This document shows, piece after piece, positions 48,027 through 60,000 of a stretch of DNA of 64,000 nt. The stretch spans positions 129,642,001 through 129,706,000 of the forward strand of contig OX597815.1 in assembly GCA_951406725.2 (NCBI GenBank), in the 5' to 3' direction. Below the pieces are notes generated by a model, which had not been told where the DNA came from, made no database searches, and was given only the letters and a program-made list of their open reading frames with translations. Position 1 is the stretch's first letter. Each line of letters begins with the position of its first letter. Source of the DNA: Octopus vulgaris (taxonomy: Eukaryota). Both the position numbers and the translations under genes were made by a program.

Positions 48027-49447
48027 GCCTTTAATTTTGTAAAACTGTTGTTTGGTGTAATTAAATTTTAGTAAGCCTCACCTTTCCTGGCCAGAGGTAC
48101 ACGTCTTCAGAGGATTTGCCCTGTTAACTTCCAAAGGTGATGTAAATAGGAGTTATGATGTTCATGCCCTTCCAGAGTATATTAACAGAATAAGCATAAT
48201 AGCTGTCGTTGGGTAACTGAGTCTGGGTTTGAAACTCAGTTCATGGAGAGTTCAAGGATGTTCCTTTATTCTTTTACTTGTTTCAGTCATTTGACTGGAG
48301 CACCGCCTTTAGTCGAGCAAATCAACCCCAGGACTTACTCTTTGTAAGCCTAGTACTTATTCTGTTCATCTTTTGCCGAACTGCAAAGTTACAGAGATGT
48401 AAACATACCAGTATCAGTTGTTGAGCGATGTTGGGGGGACAAACACACACACATATATATACGATGGGCTCTTCTTTCAGTTTCTGTCTACCAAATCCAC
48501 TCAAGGCTTTAGTCGGCCCGAGGTTATAGAAGACATTTGCCCAAGGTGCTATGCAGTGGGACTGAACGCAGAACCATGTGTTTGGTAAGCAAACTACTTA
48601 CTACACAGCCACTCCTGCACCTATATTAAAATTCTTGTTCCATCTTTTCAATGTCCATTTCTCCATGCTTGCATGGCTCATGAAAATTTTTGAGTTTAAC
48701 TTTTTTCTACAACCAGATGCTTTTCCTGTTGCCAACCCTCACTTGTAAAGTTCTATTTTCTCTTGTCCTATGAGCAACAATGGCTGAACATGTTTCTTTA
48801 TGGCAGATCATAAACACAGACAGTGCTGTATAGGCAGAGGCATTGGTTTTACACAGTATGCAAGCCACTGACACAGTATGGAAGACACTGACACACGCAA
48901 GCATGCATACATATATACATGTATGTATATGTGGAGACAATGGTTAAATGATTAGGGTGCTGGAGTTGTGATCGTAAGGTTGTGGTTTCGATTCCTGGAT
49001 TGGATGATGCATTGTGTTCTTGAGCAAAACACTCCATTTCACATTGCTCCAGTCCATTCAGCTGGTAAAAATGAGTAACCCTGTGATGGATCGGTCCTGT
49101 CCCAAGAGGAATATATGTATGCCAGAGGAACCAGGAAGTCAGCCCTATGCTCCTTTAAAGAGTAATGTGCACTAATCTGTTTCCTTTTGAGCCTCACGGA
49201 GGCAATGACAGAGACCTTTGGCATTATGTCGTGCTTGACAAGAAAACTCTTTAAGTTGAGCAGTCATGGCAGATACTGATGTCATGCAAATGTTATATAA
49301 AACCACCCATTACACTCTTGGAGTGGTTGACATTAGGAAGGGCATCCAACCATATAAGACCATGCAAATCAGACTGGAGTCTGGTGCAGCTTATCAGCAC
49401 TGGTCAAACTGTTCACTCCATGCCAGCATGGACAACGGACATTAAAT

Positions 49448-49478
<31 letters not shown>

Positions 49479-49653
49479 GTATGTGAGTGTGTGTATGTTT
49501 TTTTTATTTGACTGCAGCCATGCTGGAGGATCAGCTTTAGTCGAACAAATCGAACCCAGGACTTGTTCTTTGTAAGCCTAGTACTTGTTCTATCAGCCTC
49601 TTTTGCCAGACTGCTAAGTTACGGAGGTATAAACACACAAGCACCAGTTGTCA

Positions 49654-49855
49654 GCCGTTCAAGAATTTGGACCTGGAGATCTCCATTTCCAGCGACTTCG
49701 ACGGCCACCTCCAAGTGGTGTCAGGCGTCAACGAAGAGCCCTTGACTACAACAAGAAGACCAAAGTTTTTTTTTTTCTAAGGTCTGGAGTCTCCCGCCCC
49801 TAAGCCCTAGACCATCACCTAATCACCCTTACCCGTCTTGTTGCTTAACAACAAC
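49654..49855 (+). mobile_element. Short retroposed insertion with (AAC)n tail and 14-bp TSD, inside a SINE
   Basis: AGCACCAGTTGTCA (49640-49653) and AGCACCAATTGTCA (49856-49869); insert ends TTAACAACAAC. Confidence 0.7.
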
Positions 49856-50101
49856 AGCACCAATTGTCAAGTGATGGTGGGGGCACAAACATAAATATAT
49901 ATGTATATATACGACGGGATTCTTTTCAGTTTCCATCTGCCAAATCCATTCACAAGGTTTGGTTGGCCTGAGGCTCTATTAGAAGACACTTGCCCAAGGT
50001 GCTATGCAGTGGGACTGAACTCAGAACCATGTGGTTGGTAAGCAAGTTACTTGCCACTCTTATACCCTTTTTAGCTTGAACCTGACTACCAGAAAGAATT
50101 A

Positions 50102-50237
50102 CAGTGATCCCTCGTTTATCGTAGTAGATTGGTTCCAAGACAGGCTGCATCAGGTGTTCATATATATATATATATTTAAAAATCTGCGATGTCGTGAATC
50201 CGCGATAGTTGAACCGCGAAGTAGCGAGGGAACACTG
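50102..50237. mobile_element. Tc1/mariner (Tigger/pogo-like) MITE
   Basis: TA|CAGTGATCCCTCG...CGAGGGAACACTG|TA: TIRs with TA TSD. Confidence 0.85.
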
Positions 50238-51737
50238 TATCAATTTATGGCCACTTTCCTTGCTGCAATGAGTTGAACAGGTCGTCATGGTCAGTCATTT
50301 TCTGTTGGGAGCAGCAAGTGACATGATTCACATACTTGTCACCTGGATTGTTTTCTATGATTGGATGCTCTACCTATTGTCAATCAATTTAAAGTGTATA
50401 CTAACTGCATTTTCTCATGGTACCAACACTTGAGAGGTTGAATAAAGGGACCCTTGATCCCTACTCATTCTTTGCTCATTTGGCAGCTAATTTTGATAGC
50501 ATGTGATTTGTTGGCTTTCTGTTGTGGTACCATAACAGGAGTGGTGGCGCCTTGTAAAGGCACTCAGGACTATGTAAAGAGAAACCAAAATATTTGATAA
50601 AAGTTAAATTATACTCAGCTAAGATATATATAGATCAGAGAGGAGAACAGTTGGGTGGAGGAAACTGATGCCATCAGTGAAACTAGAAGTTGATGTAAAT
50701 GCTGAGATTAATCAATACCCTAAAATGTGAACATTTGTTCAGATGACAAGAAAGGGCTGAAAGGAGAGAGAAAGATGACATCAGAAGGAGCAGTACTAAA
50801 AGAAAAGAATAAACAAACAATGCCAACCCACAGATTCTATGAGATGTAAACATTTAATTTTCATGCATTTCATCAATAGATGGGGTGTTTTCATAATACA
50901 TTTCTTCAACATATAATTTATATCTATAAGCATTTTTTATTAACATTTATTACACTTTGAATTAATGTTTTACAAAGAATTTGTATATATTATATAAAAA
51001 TGGAACCCTAAATGTGACATAAGAAAAAATAATAATTAGGACGGAATTTCTCCACAATCACAGATGGCTTAAATTGAAAATAAATGGAAGGATTAATACA
51101 GTTAACAACAATAATAATAAAGAAATGATATGTATATATGTAATATGTCTTTGGTAAAGGTTGTAAGATTTAACAGAATGGCTGGACTTAGTGTTGAATT
51201 ACTGATATCATAGTCATTTGCAATGGCTATTCTGTGTACCAAGATATATAACATTAGATGCTGCACTATGACTGATTGATAAAAATACATATTCCACCTC
51301 AATTACATTGATGGGTGGATAACAATGAAAAAGGTGTGTCCAACTGTAAATATGTTTGTGAAAAATAAAGACAATGTCATTCTTGCCAATAGCGGAAGAG
51401 GGAAATAAAATAACAAATATGAAATATAAATTCTGAACTTTTGCTAAGTTACTTTATAATATTAAATATATCTATTGAGCTACTTACAGAAATGATAAAT
51501 TATATATATTTATAGATACATACATATATAAATCCAGTTATATATAATTGAATTATTACTTTCTACAAATGTTTTAAAATATTTCATCTATAAACATACA
51601 TACATGAAATTAATTAATCACATAATTATTTATAATTGATTTCTTTTAACAAAGGATAAAAATGGAAGGAGAGTAAGAAACTAATCAAATGAATTCCATT
51701 GTATTCTGGCACTGGGAAAACAAATGGCAATGCTGGT

Positions 51738-51879
51738 TGTTACACATTCATATCTATGTGTATACGTGTGTAGAATACATCCCCACTTTTGGCACTATTT
51801 ATTAGTGAACAGTACAAACTGCGTTTTAAAGTGGGGATGTATTCTACACACGTATACACATAGATATGAATGTGTAACA
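51738..51879. mobile_element. 142-bp foldback MITE with TGT..ACA termini and 5-bp TSD (Ginger-like)
   Basis: Perfect 52-bp TIRs (51738-51789 and 51828-51879), 38-bp spacer, CTGGT on both flanks. Confidence 0.85.
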
Positions 51880-52833
51880 CTGGTCCTTGTGAAATTTGAA
51901 CTCAGAATGCTTATTCATTTGCAGCTTCTACTGATTCAGTGTCACTCTCACCTCAATGAGTAGCGATGTAGCTCTTCTACAACAAGAATCTGCTCTATCT
52001 CACCCCACTCATATCATAACCCTCATCTCCTAGCATAAAATACCCTTCCCTATGGATTTCATAGTTTTGTAAGTTGCATAGTGACCTTACTAGTTTTGAT
52101 GGCATGAAAAATTCACCCAGTACATGCTGTCAAAAGGTTGGCATTAGGAAGGGTGTCAAGCTATAAAAATCATGCCAAAACAGACACTGGAGCACAATAC
52201 AGTCCTTGGACCCATGGGATCCTGTTAAACCAGCCAACATATATTAACATGAAACATGGATGTTAAATGACAATGTTATAATAATTAGCTTGTAATTGTT
52301 CACTGTTACACAAAAAAGATAGTGTTGAAGCAGGAGGAGAGTGAGTGACAGCAGGAAACATTTTGCTTTCATTTTAGTTTTAATACAGTATTATATTGTA
52401 TAGAATTATCATCATCATCATTTAATGTCCATTTTCCATGTTAGCATGGGCTGAACATTTTGACAGAGTCCAATGAGCTGCAGGACTGCATTGGACTCCT
52501 GTTTGTTTTGGCATGGTATCTATGGCTGGATGCTCTTTCTAACGCCAACCACTTTACAGAGTCTATTGGATGCCTTTTTATGACAGTGGCACTATCAACT
52601 TGTCCAGTAACCTAGTGGCACTAAAGCTACCTTCATCGAGTGAGAATGTATTTCAGAGAGGAGGAGGTTTTATGTCAGGTGTTGAAAGTTAAGGCATCTT
52701 GCTAGAGATACATGGCTACCCTACATTACATGAAGGAGGGTGAGAGTAGCTGGAAGGAAGATAAAGATGGTGGGGATGGGTACCAGGTGTACTCTCAAGT
52801 TACAAGGGCATAAACATAAGGGAGAATATAGAC

Positions 52834-53778
52834 CAGTGAATCTCAACCGGGGTCCATATAAAACTTTGTTATTCAAATTTCATCATCATCATCGTTGTTT
52901 AACGTCTGCTTTCCATGCTGGCATGGGTTGGACAGTTTGATTGAGGACTGGTGAGCCAGAAGGCTGCACCAAGCTCAATCTGATCTGGCAAAGTTTCTAC
53001 AGCTGGATGCCCTTCCTAATACCAATTACTCCAAGAGTGTAGTGGGTGCTTTTACACGTCACCGGCACAAGGGCCAGTCAGGCGGTTCTGGCAACGACCA
53101 CGCTCATAAGGTGTTTTTTACATGCTACCTGATGGGAGGCAGTCCAGTGGCACTAGCAATGACCATGCTTGAATGTTGGTTTTCATGTTACCAGCATTTG
53201 TGCTGGTACGGCGATGTTGGCAACAATCATGCTTGAATGGTGCTTTTTACATGCCACCAGCTTCGGACCTATCTCTGGCCCTGGCAATGATCACTCTCAG
53301 ATGCGCTTTTAATGTTCCACTGGCACAAGTGCCAATCAGGCATGTCATCAGCCATGTCAGTGATTTTAATTTGATTTCACTTGCCTCAATAGATCTTCGC
53401 AAGCAAAGTTTATTGTCCAATGAATGAGGGGTACTCATAAGTGGGCTGGTTACATCTCATGTTCAGATGTGCTTTTAATGTTCCACTGGCATGAGTGCCA
53501 ATCAGGCAGTACTGTCATCAGCCATGTCAGTGATTTTGATTTCACTTGCCTCAATACCTCTTTGCAAGCAAAGTTTATTGTCCAATGAATGAGGGGTGTA
53601 CAATAAACTGATATTTCTACAATACTCAAAATATTTTAATTTTTTTTAATACAATTTCTAATAATATTTAATAATAAAAATATAATAGGACTTTTTAAAA
53701 CCATGAATGACTATGAGGATCCACCTATGTGAAATAAGAATTAAAGGGTCCATAGGCAAAAATGGTCGAGTACCACTG
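52834..53778. mobile_element. hAT/Charlie-like MITE interrupted by an RTE 3'-derived insertion (about 52880-53597)
   Basis: Termini CAGTGAATCTCAACC and GGTCGAGTACCACTG; imperfect 8-bp flanks ATATAGAC / ATAGTAGA. Confidence 0.6.
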
Positions 53779-53861
53779 ATAGTAGATTAATAGAGAAGTA
53801 AAGAGTAAGTTATTTCATAAGAATGTGAGAAAAGAGTAACAGGTGGTTAGAAATGAGGTTA

Positions 53862-53863
<2 letters not shown>

Positions 53864-53936
<73 letters not shown>
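53864..53936. repeat. Compound (TG)n(TA)n microsatellite
   Basis: Directly visible. Confidence 0.95.
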
Positions 53937-53940
<4 letters not shown>

Positions 53941-54029
53941 ATCCAAACATGAAAACACAAAGAGAAATCACAACAACGTGAGGACATGGAACAAGTACAA
54001 TATTATTGGACGCTCAGGAAAGAAGGAAG

Positions 54030-54064
54030 GTTTAACGTTTCGAGCAGAGCTCTTCATCAGAAAC
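54030..54064 (-). ncRNA. Minimal type-I hammerhead ribozyme motif with intact core, in a Penelope-like repeat (about 53937-54140)
   Basis: Minus strand GTTT-CTGATGA-A-GAGC-TCT-GCTC-GAAAC-GTT-AAAC: stem I GTTT/AAAC, stem II GAGC/GCTC, palindromic AACGTT stem III. Confidence 0.7.
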
Positions 54065-56857
54065 ATAGGAAAAGGAAAGATCCAAAGAAGGGAAGACTGA
54101 GGAAAAAATAATCACCAACGGTACACACACGGTCACATTTTGAACTCGGAATGTAGCGGCAGACGAAATACCACTGAGCATTTCGCCCGGCGTGCTAACA
54201 TTTCTTCCAGCTCACTCATCTTCCAAACACTGTCTTATTAACAAAAGTTACTTAAGTTAATTCCTCAGTATTATAAAATTTGAAATAAAGGTTGTGTTGT
54301 GTCTTTTGTTGTTTTTTTTTTTGACACTAACGTGTTATCAGGGAGTGCTATTTTGGAAAATAGCATAGTATATTGTAGTTAGGTCAGGTCAGTTTTAATG
54401 GTAAATTGTTGAGCAAATACTAGATCCTAATGATGTAAGATAGTTGATTGTTAATTGAAACTCTAGTGTACTTGTATCATAAATTTATGACAGTTTTATT
54501 ACTTACAGAGAATAATGCTTCCATTCAAATGAAATCAGATATTAGATTTTTTTCTTATTTTCATAATTATATCTTCTATATCATGTAACATTCAGTTTGG
54601 GCATATGTGTGTATATATAGCTGTGTGTTTGAGAGAGAGAGAGAGAAACAAGTAATCAAGATAATACAAAAAGTTTTATATTTGTGCTTGGGTATATGTG
54701 GTATGTTATGTCAGTGATGACAAACACAAAAAAGGGTACTCAATAGAAAAGGCAGAGTGTATATTATTATTATTATTATTTAGGTTAAAATAAGCACTCC
54801 ATCCAGAACCTTCAATTTCTTCTGTTTTATAGGAGACTGGCAGTTAGCCAGAATAAAATGTGGTTGTCATATTGTATTGTGGCTAACAGCCCTCCAACTC
54901 AAGAATGTGACAGACTTGCTCATATATATATATATATGAAATAGATAGCAGAATGATTTGAGTGCTGGACAAAATATTTTATGCCATTGAAATATGCCTA
55001 TTTACTTCCTGAGTTCAAATCCCACCAGAATCAGTAAAAAGAAAATACCAGTGATACAACTGACTATACTCTCATTCTTTATACAAATCAGCATTTATAT
55101 ACAATAGAACAAAAAAACTGAGTGGCTGTAGAATCATGGAGTTATTATATTCTATTTCAACAGATATATGGTAACAGAAGGCTTCATTTTTTAGGTTCAA
55201 AAGAGGAGCCAATGGTATATCTTTCTCAAAGCATTTCTAATCAAAATTAATCTCTAAGAATGTAAAATACTAAAAAAATCCCGTGCCCTTTGCAATTAGC
55301 CATTCATTATTAATTCTTTGTGGTAGATTGTGAAGAGAGAGAGAGTGCCTTTATCTCTTCTGTTACTGTTTCTGTTGTCCATGATTCACTTCTAATGAAA
55401 AGAACTGTTTCAATGCAAGCTTTCTCCATGCATGCACATACATTTCCATTTCAGACAGTATCTAAGTAAAAGACTTGTGAGGCAAGATGTCACTCACCAA
55501 TTTACTATTGAACTGTATCCTCTCTCTATCTATTCCACTCATACAACAACAGTTTTTCATTCCTTTAAAATCATCTCAATGTATTTCCCTCTCCTACTTT
55601 TTAGAATATCACAAAATTTTGTTTCCATGGCCCCTTACTAAACAATATGCCAAATTCGCCACCTACTGAACTGCTTCTTTAAACTTCTTTCCTGCCGATA
55701 GCTTCCTTCCAATGAATGACAAACAAACCTGTAAGAAAACAACTCACCTGGTTATCCACATTTTTCTAGTCTTCAGTTAGTTTTGATGTATGTCTTTCAC
55801 AAATCTCCCCTGACACAATATGGCTCTGCAGCATAACTCTTGTGGTTCAAAGACGGGTTAAGCATATATTTGGTCTTCTCAAAGCCTTTTCAATCAAAAT
55901 AAGTTTTTCTAAATGTAAAATAATGACAATAATAGTAAAGGCTATGAGAACTGCCCATTCCTTTTTCTCAGATTAATGAGTGAACAAAACTTTTTTACAA
56001 CAAATAAAAAAAATTGAACTCTTTACAAAGATACAAAATCAACTATTGAACACTAGAGTACTTATCTGAACTAACCCAGTATATTACTTGTACATATTTT
56101 ATTAATGGAAAGCAAAGACAAACTCTATCAGATTTGAAGTCAGAGCTAAGAAAAGCATTCATTCTCATGCTCTATTATCTCTGCTCTTTATTCTAATCTA
56201 ACTACTAGCAACAAAAGCCATTCTATCATAATATCTCCTACATTCAGTTACCTCCCACCAATGTTGAAATGGAACTGATCAGGCTAGCCAACAACAATAA
56301 TACAAATCTGAGCACTTAATAGAATATTAATGTAATGTCGGTAATTATACCAGAAAAATCAAGAGAATCCAGAGAGTGAAAGTTCATATTGATTCTTGAG
56401 TAATTTTCAAATTCTCAATTTCATTGACAACATTATTCTAATGAGCTTCCTGGTATTGTGCTTGTCTATAAAGAACCATTATGAACTTTCTTTCTCTGGA
56501 TGTTGGTAATAATACGTTTTTAGGTATTTGATCTAAGTATGAAAGAGAACAAAAGGTATTTTTAGAACCTAGAGAAAAATCAAAGATGGACATATAATCA
56601 GATGACAGGAAATATGTTTGTCAAGCAAAGAAGCCATTTTAGATGTTAATTATAAGAAATCGTCAAAAGGAGATTATCATGCTATGAACAGACAGCAAAT
56701 ATTTTGTGGATAGAGATGAAGATTATTCTGTTTTAACAGTGAGATAACAAGAATTTAGAGTTGAATTTGTTCACTGAACGGTTTTTTTATTATTATTATT
56801 ATTTTTTTTTTTCTTCAGTATCATCATGATTAAATATGAAAGTTAATGTAAGTGGAT

Positions 56858-57084
56858 CTATGATCTAGTGCTTTTAAAAGAACTGGGAAAGTGATCCTTT
56901 GTTACTTCAAGAGGTTCTAAGACAGATTGGTGGTATTTAAGTCTCTGCAATAAAGTTTCAGCAACTGGACAAAATTCGTTTTCCCATTTTTCCATAATAA
57001 GATTCTGAACTTCATCTGTTGTCTCTGAGCTTTGTTCTGTGTGTTCAGGTTTGGCTGTAATGTAGCCGTGAACATTAGCTTCAT
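56858..57084 (-). CDS. ARMC2: ARMC2 terminal coding exon (DEANVHG...KSTRS*)
   Basis: TTCCAG| acceptor, TAG stop; minus-strand AATAAA at 56791-56786. Confidence 0.9.
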
Positions 57085-60000
57085 CTGGAAAATTCAAACA
57101 TCAAAGGGTTCACTTACAAAATGGGTAAAAGGTTGACCTGGAAGGAATTATACAATAAAACAATATTTCTTTTAGCTAAGTAATAAGATCATCTCTTTGC
57201 AGTTGAGGAGTAGCATCATCATCATTGTCATCATTTAACATCCATTTTTTTGTTCATGTTGGTATGATTGGATAGTTTAACAAGATCTGGTGAGCCACAA
57301 GGCTGCATTGAGCTCCAGTGTCATGGTCTCTAAGGCTGGCTGCCCTTCCTAATGCCATGCAGCCTGTACTGAATACTTGTGTGCTATCAACACTGGTGAG
57401 ATTGTTAAGTAGGCACTAGTGAAAATTACTGATTATTATTTTATTGACTAAGGGTATGCTAAACAAAAATTATCCTGGTGGGTGGGATTGGAACCCAGAA
57501 CACAAATACTGTCAGATATTTTTGCTCCATTATTTCTGCCAACTCACAAACAATCAATGCAATATTGATTTCTTATATTAATACAAAGTTACACATTTGT
57601 AAGAGAGAAGATGTTAGTCTATGAATTAACCCCAGTTTATTCTTTCTATGAAAACCTGGATACTCCTAACAAATATAGCAGCAAACACATTTTCCAATTT
57701 TTACCCCAGTATCTTGTCCCAATCATTATCATCATCATGCTAGTATGGGTTGGAAGCCAGGAGGCTGCACCAGGCTCCAGTCTGGTCTGGTAGTGTTTCT
57801 ACAGCTGGATGCCTTTCCTAATGCCAACCACTCTGAGAGTGTAGTGATTGATAAAAAATAAAGATAAGTCTTCCCTCAATCTTTTGCTACTAGTAGGTTT
57901 CCATAACAACAACTGATGCACTACCTCATCTTTACTTCTCTGATTATTTCAAATACCAACATCTTTGTTTGCACAATGTGGTTGTTATAAAAGATAGACT
58001 GCCATAAAGTTTGGCATTAATTTTATATTTCTTCCAAGACATTTTCAATGTTGCTCATTGTAATCTTATGTCAGTGCTATTGAACCAATTTTTTTAGAGC
58101 TTTTGTTACTGTCCTTGATCTGGGGCCATACCTCAGCATAGTCTCCATCATTGCTTCGAAGAATGAATAACAATCCTAGAATGAGGCAACAGAGTTCCGG
58201 TACAGATGAAGGCGAACACTGATAAACTGGTATAACAGCTGCAGCTGTGCTGACCAGTGGCAAAGTATATGATCTACTGGACTATCTGCTAACAGGTCAT
58301 TATTTCAAATTCATTCCTGGTGTTTCTTGAGGTTACTGGGAAGAATACTTTCCACCACATCACCTAAGCTGATGGGAATGGATATTAGAACATCTGGGAA
58401 CACTACATGTTGGCATCTGGAAAATGCATCTTTCAATATACAAAGTCATGATTGTGAAACTCAATAACAATCCAGAAATTCCATTCAGAGATTGTTTACC
58501 TTTAGTATTAAAGAATTAAAAACACAAATGAAGACAATGACGTTGCTAGGATGATTATGATAATGATGGTGGTTATTGAAGAAATGGTAATGATAGTAAT
58601 GATGGTGGTGGTGGTGGTGGCAATGATGATAATGATATAGTGATAGTGATGATGATAGCAGTGATTATGATGGTAGTAATGACAATAGTAGTGATGATGA
58701 TGATGTCAATAGCTTAATGACTAAGTCACAAAACAAAATACAGAAAGTCAAATGTTATTTCTTACCTAAAAATTCCGTGAGAAGCTCAACAAGTTGCTCT
58801 GTTGTTTGGTAACCAAAATAGAGGTGTTCTGGGCCAACATTGTGGCTGTAGTTCAGTAAAACTTGACACACAATTCCAGCCAGCTGCCAGTCATTAGGAC
58901 CAAAATCTCTCAGAACTTCTATTAACCTAAAGAAGAAGAGGAAACATTGTAGAACTTTCATTTAGCTTCTCTATACCATTGATGAGATAGTGTTTGTCCC
59001 AGATGTGAGAGCAATATTCTAATGTGGCTCTCACCTGAACTTTGTACAGTATCAATGATTGCCATCTCAACACGATTGCTATGGAAAATATTAGCACAGT
59101 GCTGCTATTGCACACGTAGATATCTTGGATCACACTCAGAAATGAGCCCCCAACTGCTCCAGCTCCTAGAACACAGGCATCTTGTCTCTGCTTTCTGCCT
59201 CTTGCATTACTATTATAATGCTTTATGCTTTTAGGGGCAGGTTGGAGTCATGCTAACTTCAATTGGAGTATTCTCTTTCCACTTGCCTCTCCTCTTCTCA
59301 TCGCCCTTGTTATGTCCAATTCTCACCAGGCCCTGCACTAATTCCTAAGCCCAGCCCTTTTTTCTCAAACTGTCATCACCCTGGAATTCTTTCCTTGCTC
59401 ACAGGTTGACTTACAAACGTTTATGAGGAACATTAATGGCACACATCTCTCTGATTTGGGATAACTGACAAAGACCATGGGCACTACCCCTTAAAAACAA
59501 ATATTATAGTTTTTATTAGCACCTGTGTTGGTGCTATGTAAAAATCACCCATGCTAGCACTTTGTGCAAAGCACCTAGTACACCTTGTAAAGTGGTTGGC
59601 ACTAGGAAGGGCATGCAGCCATAGAAAATATGCCAAAACAGATGACTGGAGCCTGGTGCAGCTCTCCAGATTGCCAGTTCCTATCAAATTGTCCAACCCA
59701 TGCCAGCATGGAAAACAGACATTAAATGATGATTGTTATTATAATTGTATGAACCCTCTTATTGAGTATTTCATATGTTCATTCAACACTCATTAAATGA
59801 CAGTGTAAGTGGCTGGGTATTCCACAGATACCTGTACTCTTAACAATCTGCAGACAGATTCCACTTGACAAGGCTGGATCATTAAATTACAGCTACAGTC
59901 CATTCAATAGGCTTCCATACAGTTTCCATCTATGTAGTTTCATCCACAAGGCTTGGGTTGAACTCACAATGCCATGGTTACAAAGCAAACTTCTTAACTA

